Sequence record: PQ227241.1
Strand: one strand, 5' to 3'
Length of the DNA: 64,000 nucleotides
Below the pieces are notes generated by a model. It was not told where the DNA came from, did no database searches, and saw only the letters and a program-made list of their open reading frames with translations. Both the position numbers and the translations under genes were made by a program. Position 1 is the stretch's first letter, and each line of letters starts with the position of its first letter. Below, in pieces: positions 1 through 13,317 of the stretch.

Positions 1-1128
<1,128 letters not shown>

Positions 1129-1138
1129 AGAACATAAT

Positions 1139-1159
1139 GCCCTCCCACTATGGGAGGGC
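1139..1159. terminator. Bidirectional intrinsic terminator (GCCCTCCC/GGGAGGGC family)
   Basis: Perfect 8-bp GC stem between convergent genes, flanked by AACATAAT and TTATGCTGTT. Confidence 0.85.
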
Positions 1160-1167
1160 TTATGCTG

Positions 1168-2355
1168 TTAAATACCTTCATTCTCATAATGAGTAATGCA
1201 GTGACTAACAAATGTTAACCAGACTTTAAGAGTTACTGCTAACCAATGGGTGTAGTTACCAACAGGTTCTGCTAATTTTCGGGATATCTCAGCGAGCATA
1301 TTAATTGCCTCGCCATTTGCCCTTCCCAATAACTCACTACGTTCAGCTAGCTGTCGAATTGAATCATCTACAACTACCTTAACTGTTTTATATTCTACTT
1401 CGCCTTGTTTAGCACGTTCAGCGATCGTTAAAATATTAGCAATACCAGTTACAATATCACTTAGCGTAGTTACAGAAGGTACTTCTATATCTCGTTCAGT
1501 GCTATCAATTGCATTGATTTGTAACTCTGTAAATTCCATTGTAAATGTATTGCGAACCATTTCTAGTGCAGATTGTTTATTAGTAACTGATGTAGCTATA
1601 TGGTCAGCATCAGTATAAACAAATGCACGATTAGCTGGTAAAATATAACTTCTATGGGTACCAGTAGAAGTAGTCTCACCTTTCTTTAATGGCTCATCCC
1701 CTGGCGGCGCTTTAAAATCACGACGCACTATATCGGCAAAAGATTGTAATAACTCATCAATGATTTCTGTAGTGGTATCTTCGCCTTGATTATCTAAGAT
1801 ATTCAATGCTTGTCTACTAATATTTCGAGCAATATTAGAAGTCATTTTAGGATAAGTCATTAAAATATAATTAGTGACTTCTTTGATATCTAAAAGATTA
1901 TCTGGTCGATCACCAATGAATTCACCGTTAATAGATAATCGCTGTAAACCAGAAACAGTCAATCGAGTATTAGTCGTACGATTACCTAGTTTTGCAAGTC
2001 GCCTAGATAATTTTTGCTGTGTTTTACGCACATGTGAAATACTGCCAGTAAACTTGACGTAGAATGCCGTGAGTGTTTCGATTACCATCCGCACAATATC
2101 TCGTGCAGCCTTAGCAGCTCGAACTAATGCATCTTTTAAAGCACGTAGTGTAATTATACCGCCTTCTTTTATGGAGAAGGCGGGATCGATACTTTCTAAA
2201 GCAAATGACATCGCTTTAGACAGGTCTTCAGATGCTACGTCACGTCCATCTAGCAGATCTTGATAACGAGCTAATCGATGGCGATATGCTTCAACAGAAA
2301 CAATAGCCTCTTTGAGTTCATTATTGGTAATTAATAGTTCTGCATATGTGGACAT
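1168..2355 (-). CDS. gp163: Internal head / inner-body family protein
   Basis: 395 aa, helical, with N-terminal (S/A/G)-x-E head-protease sites (SVE, ALE). Paralogous to the neighbouring 522-aa gene (shared ..ALES.D motif). Matches phiKZ gp163 by synteny. Confidence 0.7.
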   Translation of the reverse strand: MSTYAELLITNNELKEAIVSVEAYRHRLARYQDLLDGRDVASEDLSKAMSFALESIDPAFSIKEGGIITLRALKDALVRAAKAARDIVRMVIETLTAFYVKFTGSISHVRKTQQKLSRRLAKLGNRTTNTRLTVSGLQRLSINGEFIGDRPDNLLDIKEVTNYILMTYPKMTSNIARNISRQALNILDNQGEDTTTEIIDELLQSFADIVRRDFKAPPGDEPLKKGETTSTGTHRSYILPANRAFVYTDADHIATSVTNKQSALEMVRNTFTMEFTELQINAIDSTERDIEVPSVTTLSDIVTGIANILTIAERAKQGEVEYKTVKVVVDDSIRQLAERSELLGRANGEAINMLAEISRKLAEPVGNYTHWLAVTLKVWLTFVSHCITHYENEGI

Positions 2356-2364
2356 TATGTTTAC

Positions 2365-3933
2365 CTATTCAGTTTCCTTGATTTCACTATCAACTAGTTT
2401 CTCAAGTACGGTGATCCAGATCATCACACATTTAAACAGATCATTACTAGCTTCAGTGGTGCCAGTTAGATAAGCCTTACCAACATTGGTTGCTTCTTTA
2501 TCAGTCATCTGTGCAATGATTTCAGCAGTTGACTCTTTAGAGATACCGCGAATATTATTTAGATGATTTAGGAGGTTATGAACTGCTTTTAGCTGAGCCA
2601 TAACAACATTCTTATCAACTAATAGTTCAACAGTAATTCCATAGTTGGGTTTACCCGGTGCATCAAGAATGGAGAAGTCTACCGCAGCTTTGTCTTTACC
2701 AAAGGTATAAACACGATTACCGGGCACAACCGGGCTAGCATATCGGACACCATTAGCATTAATTTTGGTAGCTGTTCCAAACATACCTTTAGCTAAAGCC
2801 AGTGCTTTATCATCAGTTGTTTTTCCAGCTAAGGCTGCTTTAAGAGCACGCAGTCCATTCTTTTCAATGCTGTCAAATAGATTACGGATTACAGTAACCC
2901 CCTGAACAGGGTCTACACCAACCCAACTCTCACCAGTGTCACCTAGAATCAGATCGCGTGGAATTGCGATAGTACGAACTTCATCGGGTAGTTCATTCTC
3001 TTTAACGCGTTTCATGATCTTATTAACGCGTTCTATTTGATTACTGACATTCTGGCGAATACGTTGATAAGTTTCTACAACAATGCGAATTAGCTTCTTA
3101 ATGAAATCTAATGCAACAGTAGATACTTCTTTTGCTTTAGCTTGTAGATTATCTAATACTTCAATAGAAGCTTTAGGCCGAGTTAGCGGTGATATAAAGG
3201 ATTCCATTGATGGCACAGTGTTATTAAAATATTTATAGTCAAATGACTCTAGCGCGATGCTAATAGCTTTAGCTAGATCATGATCGACATCATGCCCGCG
3301 ATGATGGCGGTTACTAACTAAACCAATATAGTTTTCTAATGCAGTTTGAACAGATTCTACTTTAGTCAGTTCATTTACAATTGTAAACATTTCAACTGAT
3401 AATGATTCTAGATGATCATCTAGTTCACCAGTGATGATATCTTCAGTAGTTTCCAGTAGTGCGGTGGCATCATAGCCATGGTCTAGCTGCTCAGTCTCAT
3501 TGGCTTCCATAATAGAAATGTCTTCATTCGATGGGACATCTGCAATTTGGTGTGGTTTTTTGGTACTAACATTAAGATCTTTAGTATCACTTACTTTAGT
3601 GATCATTTCATCAGCTGTTTCAGTGATTTCGTTTTCAACACGATCACCTTTAGCTACTTGGAATTCTTTTAGCCCTTGACTAACATGAATCTTCTTATCA
3701 TTGATCTTATCAGCAGTTCCATCAACATCTGGACCTTTGCATACGTCAATTGGGGTATTGGTAACGACATTGGTAACTTCATCACATGGATTTACTTTAC
3801 CATCTTCATCATCTTTTAATTGTTCTGGTAATTCTTTACCAACATCAAGATTGACATTCTTATCTTCAGCATCAGAAACGCGCTCAAGACTTGCAAAGAA
3901 ATCCATTGCGGGAACTGTTTTTTTCTTAGCCAT
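2365..3933 (-). CDS. gp162: Head protein with acidic propeptide (gp93/gp162 family)
   Basis: 522 aa with an acidic N-terminal propeptide and multiple S/A-x-E sites (SLE, SVE, ALE, SME). Size and position match phiKZ gp162. Confidence 0.75.
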   Translation of the reverse strand: MAKKKTVPAMDFFASLERVSDAEDKNVNLDVGKELPEQLKDDEDGKVNPCDEVTNVVTNTPIDVCKGPDVDGTADKINDKKIHVSQGLKEFQVAKGDRVENEITETADEMITKVSDTKDLNVSTKKPHQIADVPSNEDISIMEANETEQLDHGYDATALLETTEDIITGELDDHLESLSVEMFTIVNELTKVESVQTALENYIGLVSNRHHRGHDVDHDLAKAISIALESFDYKYFNNTVPSMESFISPLTRPKASIEVLDNLQAKAKEVSTVALDFIKKLIRIVVETYQRIRQNVSNQIERVNKIMKRVKENELPDEVRTIAIPRDLILGDTGESWVGVDPVQGVTVIRNLFDSIEKNGLRALKAALAGKTTDDKALALAKGMFGTATKINANGVRYASPVVPGNRVYTFGKDKAAVDFSILDAPGKPNYGITVELLVDKNVVMAQLKAVHNLLNHLNNIRGISKESTAEIIAQMTDKEATNVGKAYLTGTTEASNDLFKCVMIWITVLEKLVDSEIKETE

Positions 3934-3968
3934 TTTAAAACTCCGGAGTATTAAAGTTCATAAGGTTG

Positions 3969-4628
<660 letters not shown>

Positions 4629-4702
4629 TCATTCAATTGAGCACTATAGTTACTTTAAGACGAAATAATAGCGGATCCACTTTAAAGCAGATCCGCTTTA
4701 AA

Positions 4703-5176
4703 TTAAAATGCTTGACCAGGACAAACCCAAATATAATCACCAGTTGTTTGGCCATTAGGTCTGACTAATATAAATCGTTGTCCAACCGTACCGCGCACAG
4801 AAGCATCTTCAAATGGAAAACCTCTAGGTATAACTAATTTACCATCTTTGTCTTGTGCCCAAAAACTTAATGAGTCCCTAGTCTCTTTGCCATTAATAGG
4901 ATCTTTTTCATAGAAACTCAATACGAAAGTAAATCCATTTGGCAATGATGTATTATATTTAATAACAGTGCCAATAAATGTAGGTGTTGTTGGTGATGAT
5001 ACATATCCATCTTCTTCTTTAAAGATAATGTTAGTATCAAAATAATCTTTAACATCTAACAGATTATAAATAACATCATCTCCATAAAGAGGGTGTTTCA
5101 TTTTTAATGGATATTTATTTATTGTTGTGTAAAATGCACCAGGAATGAAATTATCACATTTTGATGTATCTGCCAT
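4703..5176 (-). CDS. Hypothetical beta-rich protein
   Basis: 157-aa ORF in an operon with flanking genes, with a GGAG SD upstream. Confidence 0.6.
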   Translation of the reverse strand: MADTSKCDNFIPGAFYTTINKYPLKMKHPLYGDDVIYNLLDVKDYFDTNIIFKEEDGYVSSPTTPTFIGTVIKYNTSLPNGFTFVLSFYEKDPINGKETRDSLSFWAQDKDGKLVIPRGFPFEDASVRGTVGQRFILVRPNGQTTGDYIWVCPGQAF

Positions 5177-5179
5177 GAT

Positions 5180-5599
5180 TTACTCCTGTACATCCGTCAT
5201 TACACGTCCTTCGATAGACCAGTATAATTCATTTTCTAATGAATCATAAACCGTTCTATATTCACATGCCTCACCTTTGTTTAATTGACAGTCAACTTTG
5301 AATACACGGTTACCAACTAAACAATTACCATAAGCACGAATCACCAATAATCCATTTGTCTTATTGGCAATAGTAAATACATATTTACCTTTTTTAGTAT
5401 CATAGGCAGTAGCTGGTAAATTTACTATAAATGGACTATCTGAATTATCATTATCAGTATAATTAGGATCTTCAACGATAATGTGCGCATTAAGATAAGT
5501 TGAGTCAATATCAAACTTACGTCCAGTTGCTTTAGACGTGTCAATTACTTTCATAGGTGGGTAGATATAACAGAATTCGCTCATGATTGCATCCACCAT
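5180..5599 (-). CDS. Hypothetical protein resembling fibre C-terminal domains (start possibly 5584)
   Basis: 139 aa. The NLP.......G.Y.F.I.N motif resembles the C-terminal domain of the upstream 314-aa gene. Confidence 0.55.
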   Translation of the reverse strand: MVDAIMSEFCYIYPPMKVIDTSKATGRKFDIDSTYLNAHIIVEDPNYTDNDNSDSPFIVNLPATAYDTKKGKYVFTIANKTNGLLVIRAYGNCLVGNRVFKVDCQLNKGEACEYRTVYDSLENELYWSIEGRVMTDVQE

Positions 5600-6525
5600 G
5601 ACAGACCAAGTGTATACATCGCTTTAGTTGTTTCATTATAACAGATAAATCGAGTATAGCCATTATTAGGTAAGAAACCAGTACTTGTATACATTGGCCT
5701 AATGATACTCTGTTGATAAGCAGTAGCTATATCGACATCTTCATTAGTTAAATTCAGTATTCGATATTCAGCACCAGCCTTAAGTTTCTCGCTATTGCCA
5801 GAAGGTAGTATAACACCTTTAGGTGACTCTTCTATTTGAGCATCATCTGGTTTAGGCATTAGTACCAATAGCCTACCTATAGCTTGATCATAAGGCGGAC
5901 AAATCCAATTACCAAATTTACCTGTTTCATTATCAACTGTAATTGTAAATGGTACAAGCAATTGCGGGAATATCTGATAGCCATCTGTTGGTTCTGGATC
6001 AGGATCTGGGTCCGGCGGATCAGGGTCAACATCACCACCTGAATGTAACCATAGATTTAACCATCCTCTCCACCATAGTGATGAATCAATAGCTTTAAAT
6101 AAAAAGTTTGGTTGTTTCTTACCACCGGTATACGTTATATTAGATATTTCTAACCATATGTCACTAGCAGTAAAATTTAATTTAGCTTTATTAGCAACAT
6201 ACGCAACTAAAGCTTCGCTATTTTTTAATCCTTGAACAACCGTTACTTCCGATGCTGTCCAATATGGATTTTTAATATAATCATTAACATTAAAACGATT
6301 ATAAAGAAAGTCGTAATAAACAGCACTATTAGTTGCATCTTTTTGAATACGAACAAATGCCCTATTAGGCTCATCGATAGTTGCACTATCCATTACCATT
6401 ACGATAATGGACTTATCTTCAGATAAACCTAAATCCGGATATGCTGTTGTAACTGCTTTGAAGAAACCTATTCGTGGATCTTGTCCACGCGGGTTATCCG
6501 CCAGATTAAGAGTGAATCTACGCAT
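5581..6525 (-). CDS. Probable virion structural protein: gp126/127/143-like N-domain, Asp-Pro linker, C-terminal beta domain
   Basis: RAFVRI...FLYNRFNV motif shared with three other genes in the window. DVDPDPPDPDPDPEP linker. Confidence 0.6.
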   Translation of the reverse strand: MRRFTLNLADNPRGQDPRIGFFKAVTTAYPDLGLSEDKSIIVMVMDSATIDEPNRAFVRIQKDATNSAVYYDFLYNRFNVNDYIKNPYWTASEVTVVQGLKNSEALVAYVANKAKLNFTASDIWLEISNITYTGGKKQPNFLFKAIDSSLWWRGWLNLWLHSGGDVDPDPPDPDPDPEPTDGYQIFPQLLVPFTITVDNETGKFGNWICPPYDQAIGRLLVLMPKPDDAQIEESPKGVILPSGNSEKLKAGAEYRILNLTNEDVDIATAYQQSIIRPMYTSTGFLPNNGYTRFICYNETTKAMYTLGLSWWMQS

Positions 6526-6548
6526 TGCGCCACCTTTAGATTAATATA

Positions 6549-6570
6549 AGAGAGGGCCTTTGCCCTCTCT
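6549..6570 (-). terminator. Intrinsic terminator
   Basis: AGAGAGGGC-CTTT-GCCCTCTCT stem 10 nt downstream of the 445-aa gene. Confidence 0.7.
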
Positions 6571-6580
6571 CATTTATGCA

Positions 6581-7921
<1,341 letters not shown>

Positions 7922-8096
7922 TTAATCCTCATAATTAGAGCGCGATGGGTTTCCATCTATAAAATCAGTCTGTTCTAGTTGTGTTAAAATAAAAAGTCTG
8001 GTATTATGAGCTTTACGTAATACCCTTGTAACAGTCTATTGATAGAAATGCCAATACTGGCTTTTATGGGTAGGCATAGTACTAACAGAGGTCATC

Positions 8097-8387
8097 ATGC
8101 TCGGTTTGACTATTAAAGCCTTGCTCTTCGTTTGGCCATTCCTTAAGAGGGCTATCTTTGGTGATAGAACAATTAAGGAAGTGTTGCTGGAAAACAAACA
8201 TGTCACGGCAATGTTAATCCTAGTTGTAATATTACTAGGTACCTTATTCATAGTGACTAGTGAGTTGAAGTCAGTTAAAGCAAGCAACTGGGCCGTTAAA
8301 GCCGAAATGGATCGACTCAAGAAAATGACGCCTGAGAAGGCTGAAATGCTTGAGCGCCGCCGTCGTTTAAATGACTTGCTAAAGTAA
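8097..8387 (+). CDS. Small inner-membrane protein with C-terminal coiled coil (i-spanin/holin-like candidate)
   Basis: Hydrophobic segments (LTIKALLFVWPFL; AMLILVVILLGTLFIV) followed by a charged helical tail. GAGG SD upstream. Confidence 0.65.
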   Translation: MLGLTIKALLFVWPFLKRAIFGDRTIKEVLLENKHVTAMLILVVILLGTLFIVTSELKSVKASNWAVKAEMDRLKKMTPEKAEMLERRRRLNDLLK

Positions 8388-8395
8388 GTACCAAA

Positions 8396-8809
8396 TTGGT
8401 GGATCACATGTCAAGAAAGTTCTTTCTAATACTCCTACCACTTATCAGTGGCTGTGTTTATACGCCACATGAGTACCACACGCACAACACGACTGTGGTC
8501 CAATATGAGCACTCCTCTTCTACAGATGATCATACATCTGTTGTTACAACTAAAGAAGAGGTAATACAAAAAGTTCTGCCTACACCTAAAAAATATAGTA
8601 AGGATACTAGTAAGAAGTGTATGGTTTTCGAACTACCAAGAAAGAAACCGGTACCGCCAACACCGATTATTACAGAGTTTATAGAAACTTCGGAACAAAT
8701 CGATATCTTGTTGACTGACTATATAAAAGAATTAAAGTCACATATTGTATCTGAGCGCGCTAAAATTGAGCAAGCATATGAAGAATGGCGTGCAAAGTGT
8801 GATGAGTAA
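8396..8809 (+). CDS. Lipoprotein (o-spanin-like candidate); likely start 8408
   Basis: MSRKFFLILLPLISG|C lipobox, Pro-rich segment (PRKKPVPPTP), C-terminal helix and extra Cys residues. Confidence 0.7.
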   Translation: MVDHMSRKFFLILLPLISGCVYTPHEYHTHNTTVVQYEHSSSTDDHTSVVTTKEEVIQKVLPTPKKYSKDTSKKCMVFELPRKKPVPPTPIITEFIETSEQIDILLTDYIKELKSHIVSERAKIEQAYEEWRAKCDE

Positions 8810-8864
8810 TTTACTTGCTAGAATTATTATCTAGTTTAGTAATCGATCACATGAGGAAACAATA

Positions 8865-10313
8865 ATGTCAGACGGTATGGTTTTATACACTGACGGATCA
8901 TTCCGACAGGGTAAAGCTGGTTGGGGTATTCATGGTTATACCTATGAAAATGTTGCAATGAAATCTAAAGCAGCCACCAAACAGCAACCAACAGCTAAGG
9001 GATACTTAGATGTAGGTGCAGATGAGACATGCACTGTTTTAAATTATATTGATGCATTTGGTAGTGTAACTAATAACCCTACTAATAATACAGGTGAGCT
9101 AACCGCTGCAATTGAGGCTTTCAAAATAGCCCATGAAGCAGATGCACCTAGACTAACGATGCTCATGGATAGTGAATACGTTAGAAAAGGTATGACCGCA
9201 TATTTACCCAAATGGATTAAGTCCAATTGGATTAAATCAGACGGTACACCGGTAGCAAACCAGGACCTATGGAAACAGATGGTCGAACTAAAAGCTAAAT
9301 GGGAAGAAACTAATAAACCATTAAGCATCCAATGGGTCCGCGGTCATAACGGAGACATTGGTAATGAAAAAGCTGATGCTAACGCTAAGCTTGGTTCGGG
9401 ACAGAATAATGATAAGCCAGTGATGGTTTCGGTTAAAGGCGAGGAAATTAACAAACTTAAAAAACAAGTTGTTAATCCACTTATCCTCGAAAGTAGGTTA
9501 CTCTTCGCCATTAACTCTGGAGAAGAACCAGATGGGTTCTATTACACCTATAACTTAGGTCGTATGCATAACTATGGTCATAAACCAAAAGACACTGCTA
9601 AAGATAAATTAGCTAAAGCTGATTTAATTTTAGGGCGTCGTATCTCTGAAGCAACCTTCAGTGTATATAAGGCAAATGAACCAGATGAGTATCTCCAGTT
9701 ACTAATTAATATGCATACAGAAGCACTGGGTACTGAAAATCCAGAACTGGGTATCATCAATTTGGCAAACGCATATCGTGCAACCATTCGACAGAAAATT
9801 GAATCCATGGGGCTACCTGCTCTAGTCGTATGGAAAGATATCAATGTTTTGTCGACGCCAACAGATGAACTCATTAGTCGGACTCTTAATCCACCACGTA
9901 TGGCAAATGATGCTGTAGCTACATTTAATGTTATGCGCAGTCGTCTTGAAGATTACTTGGCTGGTAAACTTGGAGAGTCGGTTGGTATTATTGATATTAC
10001 CGAGCACTTCTTCGAGGAAGTCGCAAAGGGTAAGAAAGTTGGCTATCAACTACTTAAGACGATTACATCTAATACAGGCTTTGTAGAAGTTCCGATCACA
10101 TTTAAAGATCGTAAGATAAAATTAAAGCTTGTATTAAATATCGATATTCCAAGTAGAAACCAATTAGCTCGTATTGGAGCTAATAAAGTTAAAATGGAAA
10201 TTCTTGTAGTAGCTGAAGGCCCATATTCTTATTCATATTCAATTGTGTTCGTGACGGATGATGGTTCAGCTATCTATCAATCACCCTATACACAATTTAT
10301 TCTCCCAAAATAG
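8865..10313 (+). CDS. gp155: Ribonuclease HI with long C-terminal extension
   Basis: RNase H motifs YTDGS, TNNTGEL, MDSEYV, NQDLW, WVRGH.G..GNEKAD. 482 aa. Confidence 0.92.
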   Translation: MSDGMVLYTDGSFRQGKAGWGIHGYTYENVAMKSKAATKQQPTAKGYLDVGADETCTVLNYIDAFGSVTNNPTNNTGELTAAIEAFKIAHEADAPRLTMLMDSEYVRKGMTAYLPKWIKSNWIKSDGTPVANQDLWKQMVELKAKWEETNKPLSIQWVRGHNGDIGNEKADANAKLGSGQNNDKPVMVSVKGEEINKLKKQVVNPLILESRLLFAINSGEEPDGFYYTYNLGRMHNYGHKPKDTAKDKLAKADLILGRRISEATFSVYKANEPDEYLQLLINMHTEALGTENPELGIINLANAYRATIRQKIESMGLPALVVWKDINVLSTPTDELISRTLNPPRMANDAVATFNVMRSRLEDYLAGKLGESVGIIDITEHFFEEVAKGKKVGYQLLKTITSNTGFVEVPITFKDRKIKLKLVLNIDIPSRNQLARIGANKVKMEILVVAEGPYSYSYSIVFVTDDGSAIYQSPYTQFILPK

Positions 10314-10323
10314 TGGGTATTCC

Positions 10324-10743
10324 ATGAACCTTATTAGCAGATTCAAAAAGTCGGTTAAGAATGGTTTCAGGGCAATTTGGATTAAGCTCTGGGACTATGC
10401 TGATCCCGAACTAAAGCGGATGTGCGTCATGGCGTCACTGTACTCCGTTATAGTACAGTGTAAGACAAATGAGTGTGAAAAGATCTCTCATTTGAATTCT
10501 AACATGAAACTAGTACGCGATGAAGCTGCCTTACGACTCCCAATTCATTATGGGCCGTACGTATGGAAAGGCGTGATAGCAATCGATAAGATTGATAAAG
10601 CAGATCTAACCACTGATCAATTTTTCATGAGGCTTATTCGTAAGACTCCGTGTTGGATGAAATATGCTGATGATGCAACTTTTTTAAAGGATTTGAAAAC
10701 TCTCTTTAAATTAAGTTTACATGAGAAGTGTATTCCAAATTGA
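10324..10743 (+). CDS. Hypothetical protein
   Basis: ATG at 10324 just after the RNase H stop (the ORF track start at 10258 is over-extended). Confidence 0.6.
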   Translation: MNLISRFKKSVKNGFRAIWIKLWDYADPELKRMCVMASLYSVIVQCKTNECEKISHLNSNMKLVRDEAALRLPIHYGPYVWKGVIAIDKIDKADLTTDQFFMRLIRKTPCWMKYADDATFLKDLKTLFKLSLHEKCIPN

Positions 10744-10758
10744 TTGGTACGACATAAT

Positions 10759-10781
10759 GCCCTCTCCTTTTGGGAGAGGGC
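10759..10781. terminator. Bidirectional intrinsic terminator
   Basis: GCCCTCTCC/GGAGAGGGC stem between convergent genes, with GACATAAT/TTATGCTGTT flanks. Confidence 0.85.
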
Positions 10782-10789
10782 TTATGCTG

Positions 10790-11704
10790 TTATCCAATGA
10801 TTTCACGAAGAATATCTTCAGTGGCTTTCATTGTGTTCGCAGTCTCAACAATCTTAGTAAAGAGTGTTGAATAACGTTCAACATGGTCTGCTGCCCATGT
10901 AACCCCTTCAATTAATGTCTGTAATAGCTCTGGAGAGGTGTCAGAGTTACTATCCTTAACATCCTCCATAAAGCTATCAATTAATTGACTAAGCGCTTCT
11001 GAAGCACGTTTTACATCATTTGGACGAACACGTGATAAAATGCTACGAATATCGTTCATTTTCTTTGTTGCATCAACAAATGAATTTAATGATGGGTAAA
11101 GCTTACCAAACTCAGCTGTACTTGACCGGTTGTCACTGTCATAGAAAGAAGCATCTTTAGCAAGATCATTGATCGATGCCATTGCAAATGAATTAGCAAA
11201 GCCACGCTTATCCATTCGATCAGCACGCTGTTGTAGATAATATCCAAGTTGTGCTTTAACCGGGTCTAATACCGCTGGAATAATAGTGGCCATTTCCTTA
11301 GCTTCTGTTAATAGATAATCAACATAGTCTGGAATCTCACCATTAAAACCAACTGGTTGTGGCACGATTGTATTTGCTACTTCTAAATAATCAATGTGTG
11401 AAACTAAATGGCGCATCTGCGCTGGATGGAACTCAGGAATAATTTGATTACTCCAGTTAGTCATCGACGTAAATGCATTACGAGCAGCGATAGCAAAATT
11501 AGCACCGCGTTTATTGATAATGTTAATAGCGTTTGTTGCGAAATTAGCTTCTTGAGAAATAGTCTCAGTAATATCTACAAGCTGTTGTTTTGGATCAACT
11601 TGTACTAAACTAATATCATCATTAACAATATTGTCAGATTCAATTAGATCCTGACAATCATTTTCTAGTGAAATACTTTTAGCGTATTTATGGATGTTAA
11701 ACAT
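10790..11704 (-). CDS. gp153: Head protein with short propeptide
   Basis: 304 aa with an N-terminal SISLE protease site. Synteny with phiKZ gp153. Confidence 0.65.
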   Translation of the reverse strand: MFNIHKYAKSISLENDCQDLIESDNIVNDDISLVQVDPKQQLVDITETISQEANFATNAINIINKRGANFAIAARNAFTSMTNWSNQIIPEFHPAQMRHLVSHIDYLEVANTIVPQPVGFNGEIPDYVDYLLTEAKEMATIIPAVLDPVKAQLGYYLQQRADRMDKRGFANSFAMASINDLAKDASFYDSDNRSSTAEFGKLYPSLNSFVDATKKMNDIRSILSRVRPNDVKRASEALSQLIDSFMEDVKDSNSDTSPELLQTLIEGVTWAADHVERYSTLFTKIVETANTMKATEDILREIIG

Positions 11705-11801
11705 GTCTTAATTTCCTTGCGCAAGGATTGTTGAATATGTAGACATAAAATTACTCTCCAAATCAATTAATTGACTGTTTAACTTAAAAAATGGAGTCAA
11801 C

Positions 11802-13241
11802 ATGTTTGGTAAACATTTCGAACGTCCAGCTTTCCGACCGGCTCTTAACATCGGATGCCTTATGGACATTTCAACTGGTAAGTATGAACAAGGTAAGCAT
11901 GGTGAAATGATTCTAAATGGTGGTATGGGATCACTAACTGGTATTGCTTCACGACCTAACAATTTTAAAACTGCATTAGGTATCTACCTCATGGCAATGA
12001 TGCGCCGTGCTTTCCCCGGTGCACATGCAATGACTTACGATACAGAAGGTACATTAAACCCAGGTGCTCGATTTACATCTTTAGCACAAGCTTATCCTGA
12101 GCTAGCTGCTATCGATTGGGAAAATGATGAGCAATACATGTTTACTGACTTATCTCGTTATACTGGGGATGAGTGGTTCAAAATCTTCCGCGATGCATTA
12201 TCTGAAAAAGAAAAGGCTGAAAAAGATTATCTACGTACTACCCCATTTCTTGATGTGAATGGTAATAATAAGAAAGCACTGTACCCAACTGGCGGGTTCA
12301 TTGATAGTTTCTCAAAGTTCATTGTCTCAGCTGTGTCTGAAATGTATGCTAAAAATGCTATCGGTGATTCTAAAGTAAACACTGATGCAATGACTAATGG
12401 TAAAGCTAAGAATCAGTTATTTAACCAGCTACCGCAGATCTGTGCTAAAACCAGTACATACATGATTCTCACTGCACACGTTGGAGATATCATTCAAATT
12501 GAGATGTACCCTACTGATAAACGTAATCTATCGCATATGAAGAAGGATACGGTTCTTAAAGGGGTGTCAGGTGGTTTCTACTCTCTACCGAATAATGTGT
12601 TTTCTATTGAATCTAATAAACCGTTAGTCAATAAAGAAAAAATGCCTTTATATCCAATTGACAATTCAACTGCTATTGAAGGCGATACAGATCTACGTAT
12701 TCTAGAAGTTATTAACTTACGTGGTAAAGGTGGAATTACTGGTCTACCATTCCATCTCATTGTTTCACAAACTGAAGGTATTCTTCCATCACTATCAGAA
12801 TTCCATTATTGCCGTGAAAATGATTGGGGGATTGGTGGTAATAACATTAACTACTTCGTTGAGCTATGTCCTGATATCAAACTAAGTCGGACCACTGTTC
12901 GTAAGAAATTGATGGATAACCCTGCTCTACAACGAGCTGTTGAAATCCAATCTGAAATGCTACAATTAATTCAATTCCAACGTTGGAATCTTGGAGATTA
13001 TGTAGTAACGCCAGCTGAGCTATATGCTGATCTTAAAGTAATGGGTTATGATTGGGATATTATTCTTAATAATACTCGTGGCTATTGGATGTTCGAAGAA
13101 GACGAACAGTTTAGTGATAAAAAATTCCTATCCACGTATGACCTACTACGTATGCGTAAAAGTGAATATAAACCATACTGGATGACTGACGAAGAAAAAG
13201 CTAAAATTGTACCTCTTGAACTAGCTAAAGCAAAAGCTTAA
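11802..13241 (+). CDS. uvsX: RecA/UvsX-like recombinase
   Basis: P-loop-like GIASRPNNFKT, YDTEG, FIDSFS (Walker B) and MILTAHVGD. 479 aa, matches phiKZ gp152. Confidence 0.85.
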   Translation: MFGKHFERPAFRPALNIGCLMDISTGKYEQGKHGEMILNGGMGSLTGIASRPNNFKTALGIYLMAMMRRAFPGAHAMTYDTEGTLNPGARFTSLAQAYPELAAIDWENDEQYMFTDLSRYTGDEWFKIFRDALSEKEKAEKDYLRTTPFLDVNGNNKKALYPTGGFIDSFSKFIVSAVSEMYAKNAIGDSKVNTDAMTNGKAKNQLFNQLPQICAKTSTYMILTAHVGDIIQIEMYPTDKRNLSHMKKDTVLKGVSGGFYSLPNNVFSIESNKPLVNKEKMPLYPIDNSTAIEGDTDLRILEVINLRGKGGITGLPFHLIVSQTEGILPSLSEFHYCRENDWGIGGNNINYFVELCPDIKLSRTTVRKKLMDNPALQRAVEIQSEMLQLIQFQRWNLGDYVVTPAELYADLKVMGYDWDIILNNTRGYWMFEEDEQFSDKKFLSTYDLLRMRKSEYKPYWMTDEEKAKIVPLELAKAKA

Positions 13242-13272
13242 TGTTAGTATAGATGTTATCGCCAGTTTCAAA

Positions 13273-13303
13273 ATAACTAGGGGTCAATAAGATCCCTAGT
13301 TAT
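13273..13303 (+). terminator. Intrinsic terminator
   Basis: ATAACTAGGG...CCCTAGTTAT stem after uvsX, running into TTATGTC. Confidence 0.6.
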
Positions 13304-13317
13304 GTCAGGTTTGGTAT

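Noticed and set aside
5990-6035. GGATCA/GGGTC short tandem repeats
   Set aside because: They encode the Asp-Pro linker of the 314-aa protein; not a regulatory repeat or CRISPR.
11708-11962. 84-aa minus-strand ORF
   Set aside because: Antisense to the uvsX 5' end and covers the divergent promoter region.
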